In this document: positions 9,858-22,412 of the stretch, in pieces
Numbering within the stretch: the stretch's first letter is position 1
Layout: each line of letters starts with the position of its first letter
NCBI GenBank assembly: GCA_025201805.1
Contig: MU619256.1
Location: forward strand, 246,333-310,332
Source of the DNA: Parasitella parasitica NRRL 2501
Lineage: Eukaryota; Fungi; Mucoromycota
Direction: 5' to 3'
Length of the DNA stretch: 64,000 bases
Program-made: the position numbers and the translations under genes
The notes under the pieces: model-generated
What the model saw: the letters and a program-made list of their open reading frames with translations, nothing else
Databases searched by the model: none
What the model was told of the DNA's origin: nothing

Positions 9858-12274
9858 ACTTACTGAATACACACTACACACAACAAACAAACACACACAA
9901 AACAATAACATCAAAAAAGGAACCACACATTTTTTTTTCTCTAAAAAATATAATTGTATATCTTTGCTTTTACAGAACTCAACCTTCCCTTGCTATCTTT
10001 TTTTTTTTTGCTCCATCTTGTTTATCTTTTTTCAAACAAATCCCCCAATCAACCCGTATTTTTTTCTTTATTTTTAATTATTGTATATTTCTAAATCATG
10101 TCAAGATCAATAAAAATTCAAGAAAAAAAAAAAAAAGAACCATTTGGTGTGATGGTCAACAGTGCTTCAAATTATTCAGTTCCTACAGTACACTTTATTC
10201 GAAAATTATTGAGTCAAGAAAAAAATGTTAGTTCCTAGTATTTACCGTATGTGAATCCAATCCATATCAAAACCAAACTTCTACGCAGTACTCGCCTACA
10301 TTGCCTCTACTCCTCTGTGCAGTTTCGTGTAAGTGTGATGTTTCCATTCAGAGTAATTAGCAAAAAGCTGTGATTCTGGCTGTATTTAAGCGAATCCAAT
10401 CCATATTGCACCAAACTCCGCTCACAGGGAACAAATTGCGGAATTTTGAAATCGAAATAGCAGCTTTCAAAGTCCGTCAATCCCACTATGCTTTGAAGGT
10501 CGTTGTTTATCACTTTCAGGGTAGTGCTTCCATTAATACAGTGATGTATTTGCAAATAGGTTTCTATGACACAAGTTAGCAAGAAAATTGAAACAATAAA
10601 AGCTCTCCTAATTGCAAGCATGAAAAGAGTTTATTTTCAATTTAATTTGTTCTTCTGGAATACTGCAAAAGATATAGACATGCTTTGATATTGGAGATTG
10701 GAAACTGTAAGTTTTGGTAGGAAATACTAAAATTATTAACAAACGAGAAGAGAGGCTTTTTCTCGAATCAAAATTGTTGCGCAATGCAATATCTATGTCA
10801 AGTATTTTATTGTTAGCCAGTTTCACATGTTGTCAATTTGGAGGTTCATCTGATGATGTTGTCTTGCTAAACAATAGTCAGTAAAAGCTACCATACACTT
10901 GTAAATAGAAGATATAAAAATATTAGCTTAGATTTTTGTCAACTGCCAATCACAGAGTGTTTTTACTTGTATCTATCCATTTTTTGATATCACTTTGGTT
11001 AATCTTTAATAAGGCGCTATACCGTTCTTGATCCATCGTCAGATCAACCACAAGTTCATAAAAAAATCCAATTATATTTAAATCTGCGGAAGATTAAGAT
11101 TCGTACGATGATAAGATTATTCTACTATCCTGATGAATGACCAATGACTAATGACTACTACCTCTGATCAATACAAGTAGTGTGATAGTCTGAACGATCG
11201 ATTAGATTATAAGGTATGGCAAGAAATAACAGTAAGTACAATCAATAGCTAGTAAAACGATAATCAATTAGGATAAATAGAGATGCAAAATAGCAACTTT
11301 TCGTACACTCAAACAATTAAAGATCATAAGCGTATCTCACTTTGCTTTTTTACTGTTTTTTTTTGTACTTCATGGCATAAACGAATAAAAAACTCACATA
11401 TGGATGCTATTACAGCAAAGCACACAAAGAAAGTGTTAAAGATATATCGCAAGTATATACAAATCAATAGGTCAATGAATTTTCAAGATAGGTGATGAAC
11501 GTATTCCATAATGGAAATTATTACCATTGCTGTATTTTGCTAAAAGAGCGGGAGTCTTAACATTGATATTGCATGATGTAGACACATGAATTGAATTCCA
11601 CTGCTAAAGATAACTGTAGTGTGGATTTTATTATTATTCATGTTTATGAAAGGGCCGAACGAACCTAGAAATGCATTGTTTATGAATTGCCACTATAGTT
11701 AATGAATGATAAAAAGAATCAGAAAGTGAACGAGTCTTTGGATAAACCCCAGCTGTAACCTTGACGAAAATTTGAATATTGAATCATGGGATATGAAGCG
11801 GCAAAATTTACGCGTACCATCCAAACAAAATTACTGTGTAAGCCATGCCTAGGTAATTTTCAACATTTGTAAATAAATTACATGACGTTATGATTAGAAA
11901 AAAAAAAATCGCTTCACGCCAATATAGATCATTTAGAGAATTCCCAAAAAAAAAAAATTAATCTAAACATCTATTGTATGTGATAGTTACACTCATGCAT
12001 GTGAGAAACAAGGAAACCGACTAATAAATCAGAAGAATGAAATAGTCTTATCAAATATACGATGATTTCAGGTTTGTAATAAACTACTTCAAGTATGCAC
12101 ACAATCGCTGAACTATTCAGTGGGATTCGCAGGACAAATGAATTATGGTATAATATACAACTGACGGAGTGACAATCAGTTTTTGTTTGCCAAACAAAGA
12201 AACCCTCTCTTTCTTTGTACACACTACTACTCTTCCCTCTACTTGAATTCAACCGTTTCTTTCTTTCAATTTAA

Positions 12275-12505
12275 ATGGACCCTCCTGAACATCCAGGTCA
12301 ACCCAAATGGCAAACCTTTAAAGAATGGAATACCATGAGGACACCTACCAGTATTCAAATTGTTAAATCTGCACAAGAAACAAGAGACGAACAGCTTGCG
12401 AAATTTGGTCTCACCGATGAAGGTGGCAATGGCTGGGGAGATGCTTCCGAATCAAATAATACTGGATGGGGTGATAGTACCGGAAGTGGAGGAGGATGGA
12501 ATTGA
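12275..12505 (+). CDS. 76-aa microprotein with C-terminal GW/GWG motifs
   Basis: Intronless ORF, richer in GC than its flanks, with aaATGg start context and a CT-rich 5' leader. C-terminus GGNGWGD...NTGWGD...GGGWN. Confidence 0.55.
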   Translation: MDPPEHPGQPKWQTFKEWNTMRTPTSIQIVKSAQETRDEQLAKFGLTDEGGNGWGDASESNNTGWGDSTGSGGGWN

Positions 12506-13141
12506 AAGACTATTTGGTGAAATTTACAATTTTGCAATACCAAATCGTTATTCTGTCCAATAATTTACAATCTATAAAGGCGTTTGTTTCTCAATAACAT
12601 GTGTAGGAGGATTTTCGTTCTCTTGCTTTATACCGGTTTATGTGTGGAGATTATTCAATGGCTGTATTGGAAGAAAAGGGGTAGGTGTTTGGGGGTTAGA
12701 AGCAGAGGAAGATCTTGTCAAATCAACAAATGTAATTTAGTTTTTTTTTTTTCTTCGCTGATCGTTCAAGGAGATATTTGAGTATATATAGAGTAGACTT
12801 TAGCTAATACAAGTGCAGATTATTCAATTGTCAACATACATGTATACTCAATACAGCAACACTATTGATGACCTATTGAGTTTTCTTGATGAACACGTTT
12901 ATTATTATTGTTGCTCTTCAACAAAAATAAAATGGCGTTTTTACATAAACCAAATGTAACGTGAAAAGCATATTCATTATTTCCATGCATATTGACCCTT
13001 TGGTAATTGTACATCTTTTAAATAAACCTTGCCCTGAACTGTAATACATACTATTGCCACCACGGAAGCATTGTTTTTCTTTATTGTATAATAGGCTATT
13101 GCTGTACATTCAAATTTTATACAAATACGGTATATACATGG

Positions 13142-13166
13142 TATATATATATATATATATATATAT
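13142..13166. repeat. (TA)n microsatellite
   Basis: tatatata run just 3' of the Pcl gene. Confidence 0.9.
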
Positions 13167-13206
13167 GTTACATGGTCTGGAATAAGTTTGTATATAATTT
13201 ATCTTA

Positions 13207-13408
13207 TCAGTAAGGGTTAATTTTCATAGGGAATATCAGATTGTGATTGCTGTGTTTGTTGTTTTTGTTGTAGTACATATCACTTGTAGTTGGGGTAACA
13301 ATTAAATCTTCCATGGATGATAAGGAAGAAGAGGAAGAGGAAGTGGTTATGTTTAATCTTTTTCTATTGCTACTTTTTCTCGTGGTATTGGAATGATGGT
13401 ATAGTTGA

Positions 13409-13449
<41 letters not shown>

Positions 13450-14148
13450 TTGCTGCTGCTGCTGATACTGCTGTTGTTGCTGTCGCTGCAACATGTTATT
13501 AGATGGGAGAGGTTGACAGCAATAATTTGTATTAAAGGACGCAGATTTTGGTATATAGGATCTATCATGTATAATTGGAGGTAATTGACGACCAATTGTG
13601 TTGTCATAGGTAATAAAGGAATAATACATATCTTTTTCAGATATAACAAGTTGAAAGTTCTATAGAACATTTAATATTTGTATACGCCCCCACACTCCAT
13701 CTTTCACACATACCATCAACGCTAACAACTGCTTTTCCATTAAATTGATCTCTGGTAATGTAAAGTAGACGGCATACTTTGTCCAATGCTTATTCTTGGG
13801 AGACGTATCATGCAATACCTTTGTCGTTACTATTAATGTAGCTAAAAAGATACGCTGACAAGTGCATGGCATCCCCCTTGCGAAATGAGCGAGTCGTTGC
13901 CGTAACCTATCTAATAGAACGAGAGACGCCAACAATGTACCTGTACGAGCACAAGACCTTTTTACCAGCAGATTCACAAAAGTAGGTAATGGAGGTATAG
14001 GGCTTTTGTAATTCTCATTTATGTGATGGCAAGGTATCACTAGCGATGCTTGGTGAGATATGTGTGCCAGAAGGTGATTGCTTGCTGGACGGTCAATCAG
14101 ATATTTCATTCTACGATTAACATCATTGTAATTTGTATTGGAATACAT
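13207..14148 (-). CDS. Pho85 cyclin (Pcl1/2 family) with polyQ tail; 2 exons (14148-13714, 13659-13207)
   Basis: Cyclin box PPLPTFV...LLASLVLLDRL...GMPCTCQRIFLATLI..KVLHDTSPKNKHW...EINLMEKQLL, spliced to NFQLVIS. Confidence 0.88.
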
Positions 14149-14175
14149 AATTTTTATGTAGAGAATAAAAAATAA

Positions 14176-14243
14176 AGAGAGAGAGAGAGAGAGAGAGAGT
14201 GAGTGAGAGAGTGAGAAGAAAGGTGTATAAGAGAGAGAGAGAG
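14176..14243. repeat. (GA)n/(CT)n microsatellite in the Pcl 5' leader
   Basis: gagagaga runs at 14176-14210 and 14230-14243. Confidence 0.85.
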
Positions 14244-14449
14244 TGAGGGAGAAAGGAAAAAGGATGAAATATATACAGTTACAGTTTTATAAGGAGAAGG
14301 AGGGGGAGAAATAATGACAATCATTATTATTATTATTATTTAAATTGTATCAAGCCTTTTTTCCAATACACTCTTTATAAAATGCTATATTATTGAAGAT
14401 GTTCAAACGTATCTATGCTGGATTCATACAACAAAGAAAGCCTTTCGTT

Positions 14450-15829
14450 TCAGTCATCATTCAAATCTCTCTTTTTGTTCTTTTTGGCCCAACGAAGACC
14501 ACATGCGTTACATAGACTAAAGAATAACAATAAATATTTCCGTTACATGAAAAAAAAAAAAAAAAACATTCAACTTACGTTTTCGGTCCATGTGGTCCTT
14601 TACGCCATTCTGGAGACGAAGTTGTGCCACAATCCGCGCAGACATACTCATCCGCTCCCTTGTGCTTTTTCTGTACATATATTATGGTTGCGTTAAAGTT
14701 TGCCATGTGCCCATAATAACAAAGCAAATTACTTACGCGACGCTTCCATTTATCTTTTCTATCAGCAGAATCTTGATGTGGTGGTAGGCCTCCACTATTT
14801 GCAGTTGTATTATTTTGCTGATCGTCTTTATAGCCCATAAAATCATCTAAATCAGAATTATGGCTATCCATCCAATCGTCGTTGATGCTATTAAACCCTG
14901 ATGTATCCATGGAATCATCCCGATGTGTTTGTTGTTGTTGTTGCTGTTGCTGTTGCTGTTGTTGCTGCTGCTGCTGCTGGGGATACAAATGTTGCGTAGA
15001 TGAATAAGAGGATGGAGATACTGAGTTGCTATTGTCTACTCTACCATATTTTGCAGACAGTTCATCAATCCTCTTTTTCAGCCAATTGTTTTCGGTTTTT
15101 AATTCCAAAAAGGTATCAATCAAGGCACCACTTTTGGTGGGTATAGGTTGGGCGATACCAAAAAACGATTGTGGTGGTTGTCCAGGTAGATCCGCTTTGG
15201 GCTGACCAATGACTTCAAAAATAATGTAGGTTTCGTCCTTTTTACGGAATCGATAATGCGTTTTAATTTGAGATCGAGTATGAAACGACATTTGGAAATC
15301 TCGGATAAAGACATCCATGTCATCTACATGCAAGAAATCCATCAGAGCCTGACCGACTAATTCATGAGGGCGATAGCCAGTAAGTTCATGTGTTGATTCA
15401 GAACAATACAGGATCTTTCCTGTGGGCGACAATACATGTAATAGTCCTGTAATTTCAACCAGGATACGCTCAGACCAGTTTTTTCTTCGTCTAAAATCAG
15501 TGCCACCTTTTACAATAGGTGCATTGGTAGCTATATCGGCAGTGGATGACAAAGGTGCTCCTGCAGTTGCTGCTAATGTCGATCCCTGTGCTGTGTTAGA
15601 TTTACTTGATTCTCCCGTCTCAAGGGTACCTTTGCTGGAAATATCAAATGCAGGCGACGCTGATGATGGCCCTGGAAAAGAACTCCCATTATTCAATGAA
15701 TTGGTGTTATTAAAATATGCCTCTCGAGGCTGTGTTTGAGTCAATGAGGAGTTGGCGCTATTCTCTAGTAGATAACTATAATATTCGGGCTGTTGCATTG
15801 AATCCTGTAAGCATATAGCAATAATAGTG

Positions 15830-15878
<49 letters not shown>

Positions 15879-16098
15879 AGGATTAAGGAGAGAAAAACAA
15901 ACGCTACAACAAAAAAATAAATAGAAGAAATAGCTCAGGGCTCAAAGCAAAATGCTCTTTTTATTGGTTCGATCCTTCGACATCTTCCCTTTCAAGCCAG
16001 ACATTGACTCATCGACGTAAGTCCTCGTTGGATTTATTCAAATTCTCGACATTGCCAATATCTTGTAACACCTTCAGCAGCTTCAGCGTCTTTACCAT
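14450..16098 (-). CDS. wc-2: White Collar-2-like transcription factor (PAS domain + GATA zinc finger)
   Basis: RRRKNWSERI...LLHVLSPTGKILYCSES..ELTGY.PHELVG (PAS); coiled coil IDTFLELKTEN; CADCGTTSSPEWRKGPHGPKT spliced to LCNACGLRWAKK. Probable ATG-only first exon at 16096-16098; otherwise the start is 15798. Confidence 0.9.
15830..15875. repeat. About 46-nt poly(A) run (poly-T on the coding strand) in wc-2 intron 1
   Basis: Uninterrupted A run just upstream of the CAG acceptor on the minus strand. Confidence 0.9.
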
Positions 16099-17279
16099 GT
16101 TCAAATAGATTGATTTTTTTTTTCCATTTTCTCCACACCTTCAGTATCTTTCACATCTTCCATATCATCACTTTTCTTTTTTACAATTAAACCAAAACTT
16201 AATTGTACAGCAGAGGAAAAGGCTAGATAAAAAGCAAACGATTGCCCTTTGATTCTACCGTTATACGCTGGACTCTATATTGTGGTATGGCGACGCTCAA
16301 GGGCTGGAAATTATGTCTTGTAAGACTAGAGAAATGAACTGCTTCATCGTGAGTACACTTCATCTGAGCCAGAGCTCGTAAATATTGGCAAAAATCGATA
16401 GCATTTTGGCTATCGATAAATAAGAATGGATCCAATAAACAAAAATGCAAACTGCAATCATCGAAAACAAGCAGTGAGTGCAATAAAGTGACACTTTTGC
16501 CATATCATTGTCTGCTTAAATCAAATTCTATAGTGTAAGTCTAAACGAACACCCACATTAAAATCTAGGTACAAAAAATATGGCTGGATATTAGGCGATT
16601 GCACTCCTGACCAAAGCACAATCTATCACCATTCAGACACTTTTTATATCAAGTAGTTGATTATGCTCGACGTTATGATCCGATAAAGCTTTTTACTCAT
16701 GAAAGTTGAAGTCGTATTAATTCTTGATAAACAACAAAAACAAAATCATAAACCACAATTGCTTTCAATATTAGACATTCTTCTTTTATACCTGTGAAAT
16801 AGGCATTCTCACTAATGATCCATCTGTTTTACAATTTATACAATTTTTAGCTCTCTTCAAGGCTATATTTTCTCTTTTAGATTTCTATTAAACATATAAA
16901 GTGGAAAGACTATTTCATTTTCACATAAAATCCATTCAATTTTATTTCAGTATTCATCATCTTCCAGATCGTCCAAAATATAAGTGTGTACAGAGTTTAA
17001 TAGAATACCAGAGGTATTTTTATATTGTAGTGTGCTGGTTTTGACTAGCCTTGATAATTGGTCTACAATCTTTCTCTTTTCCAATTCATTCTAATGTCTA
17101 TTGTTGGCATCTTTCACACAAGGCGAGCAAGAAAAATAAAAATGAAAAATAAAATAAAATACTTGCCGTAAAATTGACATAAAATACAGGTACGTCAAAC
17201 ACAGATTTAATTGAATCCTGCACTTGTTCGACCTCGAATTGCCATCGATTGCGCTTATCCACTGTTGTTTTAATTTTGG

Positions 17280-17566
17280 TTAGTCAATGCTTCCTCCTTT
17301 TCTCAATCCAACAAATCCACGCATTAAAATGCTCTCAGTCTTTGTAAAGTCAGAGTTTGTAGATGTCAGGTACCATCTTGTACATGTCATGCCATCTACT
17401 CTGAAGATCGAGATGTTGCGATTTTTGCGTGAATTACTTTGTTTTACTAGAAATCCTTACTCTTTGTAACAAGAACTGTCGTCTTGGTGACCAAAAACCT
17501 ATCTTGCATTTGCTGTAGCAGTTGGTTTAATAATGTCAGGCTGTACGATTGGGTCATATCGACCAT
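17280..17566 (-). pseudogene. Possible HSBP1-like small coiled-coil gene or remnant; 2 exons
   Basis: MVDMTQSYSLTLLNQLLQQMQDRF resembles the HSBP1 core LTxxVxxLLQQMQDKF; GTAAGG donor at 17460; the acceptor is ambiguous. Confidence 0.3.
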
Positions 17567-18212
17567 GATAAAAACGAAATCTATACGAGAGAGCGGCTTC
17601 GTTGGTATAGATTCAGCTGTATGACTACAAGAATTTCGGATTCAGGGTTAGAATTATTAGAGTCAAGAAGAGAGAGCAGCAGCTTCTACTACATTTTATA
17701 AAACACATCTTTGGTTTTCAAAAGTTGAGTCGCCAATGTTCTCTTTCCAGAGAGAGGAGGTCCTATCAGCTATTCATGGTTAGGTAAAGAGGCCATATCC
17801 GATGGGCTGATGTTACTTACTAGTATATTGAATGGTCTGCGGGTATATTGAGGTTTTAACATGATGATCAATTGAGCAAAAGGGCCGGACGCATCAAGTA
17901 ACCCTTCTTTTGCTTTCAATACAGTCGTGACCATGTTTCCTTTGTGTGCAACATGATACCTTGAAAAAATGGTGGGAGCGCGAGCTCGCGCTTACATTTA
18001 GAAGCTTGCTACTTCCTCTTTTTTTATTTTTATTTTTTTTTGGTTCGTATTCAATTATTTAGTTGCAGTATAAAATAATAATAATAATAATAAAAAAAGA
18101 GCGGGTGAGGAAGAAATTAAAATTTCAACAACAAAAAATTTGACATTTTGTATTGACTGAGGAACATAGATACGAGAAAGCTTTTTTATCATTTGATACA
18201 AACTCTCCGATT

Positions 18213-21200
18213 ATGAATAACGATAACAGCAAAAGTAACTCGCCCTCGACGTCTAATGCTACAGCCACCAGTGCAGTTTCTCCAACAGCAGCAGCAGCAG
18301 CAGCAAACGACTTGACATTGAATTCATTGACAAAGGAGAAACTGAATATTGTGCTTCAGGTAAGAGGCGACGGAATCATGTATCCGTAAAACCTACGTAT
18401 TAAACCACTGTCTTTGAAAGAGAGCAAAGCAACTTCAAGCTGCTGGCGAGCAAGAAGATGGCAAAAATGAGTTTTCCCAGCTGATGGCCTTACTGCGTTT
18501 ACTCCAGCAGCAACAGACCCAAGCACTTCAACAACAGATTCAAGCGAAATTACAGCAACAGCAACAGCAACAAACGACCACCTCAACCCCTCCACCTCCA
18601 GCACCTGCTGCGCCTGCAAGCAATGTCCCCAATACAGCATCTCGTCAATTAACAGCTGCAGAGCTTCAGCAACAACAGCAATTGCAAATTCAACTATTAC
18701 AGCAACACTTATTACAGCAGCAAATGGCCAACAGTAGCAACGGCACACCCTCGCCATCTGCTTCGAACCCGACTACTCCAACTGGAGGAGGAGCAAATGC
18801 CAACAACAATTTACAGTATCAAATGCTTGCCTACAGCTTGCTATCACAAAACTTGACACCTAATCAGTCTAGCATTGCTAACACACCTTCCACAGCTGCA
18901 GTTTCACCAGCAACCACAGCTACTCCTGTCAGTATTCAACCGCAACCACCACAAGCCCAGACACAAGTGTCTGCTGAAGTCACCACCACCACTGCTGCTG
19001 CTGCTGCTGCCCCCTTACAACAACAACAACAAGCAAACAAAGTTGAAGAAATTCCTAAAACAATGGCAGAACGACTAGTAGAAGCAATCTTTTTACAAGC
19101 CAACGAACTCAATGCACTTCGACACAAAGCCAGCAACGCAGCTGGTGTGCCCGTCTTCCCTCCGCCTGTAGTTGCGACTAAAGGCGATAGCGACATCCTG
19201 ACTGCCTTTGATCTATTATCGGGACAACAGCGTTCGCATGCACACGCATCCAGACAGCAGCGATTACTATTGCCGGACGCTGCGCCTCAAGGCATCAGTC
19301 CGTATATTATCTTGCAGGAGAGAGAGAAACGCATCGAACAGCGTGCAGAGCAGAAACTGATCGAGCTGGAGGCCATAATAGATGTAGACAATGACCCACG
19401 CCGACAGCCTTTGGGCTACTTGCTGCGTGAATACTACGAAGACACAGTCCGCACAGCCTCCCCTGAGCGTCTGCTGTCCATTGTTGAGCTGAAAGCGTTG
19501 CAGCTGCGAGACAAGCAAGCAAAACTTCGCCAGGAGATTGTAAAAAACATGGAAGAGGCCAATCGCCTTGCCAGCTCTGTGGATCGCACCGCCTATCGCA
19601 AGATCATGAAGCAGACACTGCGCGAAGCGAAACTGACCGAGAAACTGGAAAGACAACAGCGCATTGACCGAGAAAAGAAGGAGAAGCAGAGACATTTGGA
19701 CTACCTGCAGAGTGTTTGTAACCAAGGCCGTGATTTGATTGCATGGCACAAGTCTCATCAGGCCAAGATGGGCAAGCTGGGCAAGGCCATCCTGCAATTC
19801 CACGCCCACATTGACAAAGAAGAGCAGCGAAAATCAGACAAGCGGTCCAAGGATCGTATCAGAGCTTTGAGGAACGATGATGAGGAGGCCTATATGAAGC
19901 TAATCGACGAGGCCAAGGATACGCGACTGACCTTGCTGCTGAAGCAAACAGGCACTTATTTAGAATCCCTGACAAAAGCCGTCGTCGACCAGCAAACCGA
20001 AAACATGAATTTCGAGCCTGATGAAAATGACGGGGAGGTAGATGAGGAGATGATTCTAACAGACAGCAATGGCAAGAAGGTGGATTACTATAGAATGGCA
20101 CACCGCATCCAAGAGAATGTGTCTCAACCTACTATTTTGACAGGTGGTACGCTTAAAGAGTATCAGGTAACACATATTACACATGTATATATATATGTAT
20201 ATATATATGCGTTTGGCCACTTTTTGCAAATACTGACCTTCGAACGTAGATCCAAGGCTTAAAGTGGATGGTATCGTTATATAACAACAGATTGAACGGC
20301 ATTTTGGCAGATGAAATGGGATTGGGCAAAACTATCCAAACCATCAGTCTTGTCACCTATTTGATCGAGAAGAAGCAACAAAACGGGCCATACTTGATCA
20401 TTGTCCCTCTATCGACACTTACCAACTGGTCGCTTGAATTCGAGAAATGGGCCCCTTCAGTTTCAATGATCTGCTACAAGGGAACGCCCGATGTTCGTAA
20501 AGATATCCAAAAGAAGCAGATCAGACATCGAGATTTCCAAGTGCTGCTGACGACATTTGATTACATTATCAAGGACAGACCCGTCCTGTCTAAAATCAAA
20601 TGGCAATACATGATTATCGATGAGGGCCATCGTATGAAGAATACGCAATCCAAACTGAATCAGGTGCTTCGACAGTACTACTATGCTCGATATCGACTCA
20701 TCCTGACCGGCACTCCTTTACAGGTACAGCAAGAACCGCTTATAACCAAATGCGCAATACTAAAAATAGCACTTGATATATAGAATAACTTGCCCGAGCT
20801 GTGGGCTTTGCTGAACTTTGTGCTTCCCAAGATCTTTAACTCTGTTAAATCATTTGAAGAATGGTTCAACACGCCCTTCAACACCCAAGGCGTCCAGGAC
20901 AGAGTGGAACTGAATGAAGAAGAGCAGCTGCTGATCATCAAGCGTCTCCACAAAGTTTTGAGGCCCTTTTTGCTGAGACGTTTAAAGAAGGATGTCGAAT
21001 CAGAACTGCCGGACAAAGTGGAGACCGTGATCAAATGTAAATTATCTGCCCTGCAAGCAAGGTTATACTCTCAAATGAAGAAATATGGTGTGCTGTTTGG
21101 TGGAAATTCGCATAATGGGTAACTGCATAATAATAGTAAAGGAGTAATATAATTTTAACAATGCTTCTAATTTACAGAAAAACGAGTATCAAGGGCTTAA

Positions 21201-22412
21201 ATAACGCAATCATGCAATTGAGAAAGATCTGTAACCATCCCTTTGTGTTTGAGGAGGTGGAAAGTGTCATCAATCCTTACAAGGTCAGTAACGAGCTACT
21301 GTATCGAGTGTCTGGTAAGTTCGACCTGCTGGATCGCATTTTGCCCAAATTACGAGCTACAGGACATCGTGTAAGTAGTAGTAGTAGTAGCTGCTATGCT
21401 GTTATGCTGTTGTCGAAAATGCACAGAATCACTCACTCGCCAATAGGTTCTCATCTTTTTTCAAATGACTCAAATCATGGATATTATGGAGGATTTCTGC
21501 CTGTATCGAGGTTATCGTCATTTACGACTTGACGGTTCGACAAAATCTGATGATCGCTCCAACTTGTTGCAAGTATTCAACGCCCCTGACTCGCCTTACT
21601 TTATGTTTCTGCTTAGCACTAGAGCTGGCGGCCTAGGTCTCAACTTGCAAACAGCGGATACTGTCATCATCTTTGACTCAGATTGGTACAGATGTAGACT
21701 GAGAGAAAGAGAGTGTGTGTAGCTGCTGACAATCATTTAATGCAGGAACCCTCATCAGGATCTTCAAGCTCAGGATCGTGCACATCGTATTGGGCAGACC
21801 AAGGAGGTTCGCATTTTCCGATTAATTACAGAAGATTCCGTAGAAGAAAACATCTTGGCTCGTGCTCAGTACAAGCTGGACATTGACGGTAAAGTGATCC
21901 AGGCGGGCAAGTTTGACCATCGCAGCACAGAAGAAGACCGCGAGGCGTTTTTGAGATCTTTGCTGGAGGACAAGGGAAGCGCATCAGAGGAGGCGACTGA
22001 AGTCGAAGAAGAGAGTGATGAGCTAGACGATGAGGAACTCAACACTATTTTAAAACGTTCTGACCAGGAATATGCTATATTCACAAAAATGGATTTGGAA
22101 AGACAACGAGCCGACGCAGAAGCATGGCGTCGCAAATACGGCGACAATGGCAAGAAGCCAGAACGGTTGATTCAGGATTGGGAGCTGCCCGACATGTACC
22201 GCTATGACCAAATGGCCGAGTACAACAAGAAGCAAGAAACGTTGGTTATGGGGAGAGGTCAGCGCCCAAGAGACAGCGTAAGGTATGACGATGGCATGAC
22301 TGAAAAGCAATGGCTGCGACAATTTGAGAACGACGGCAGTAGTGAGGCTCCTTCTCCGTCCTTGGACTCAGATGATAGGGCTTCCAAGCGCACTAAATTT
22401 AACAATCTCTAA
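18213..22412 (+). CDS. SNF2: Snf2/Sth1 (BRG1-type) chromatin-remodelling ATPase: QLQ, HSA, SNF2 ATPase, helicase C, SnAC; 7 exons; no bromodomain
   Basis: QLQ-like [14 protein letters not shown]; HSA and post-[21 protein letters not shown]; [13 protein letters not shown]; [10 protein letters not shown]; LTGTPLQ/NNLPELW; RLDGSTK; [15 protein letters not shown]; [10 protein letters not shown]; [18 protein letters not shown]. Confidence 0.95.

Noticed and set aside
10300-11080. Protein-like minus-strand fragments with in-frame stops
   Set aside because: Possibly a pseudogene, but no family is recognisable and no coherent exon chain could be built.
15960-15985. GGTTCGATCC, a tRNA T-loop/B-box-like string
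   Set aside because: No cloverleaf stems around it; it lies inside the wc-2 intron.
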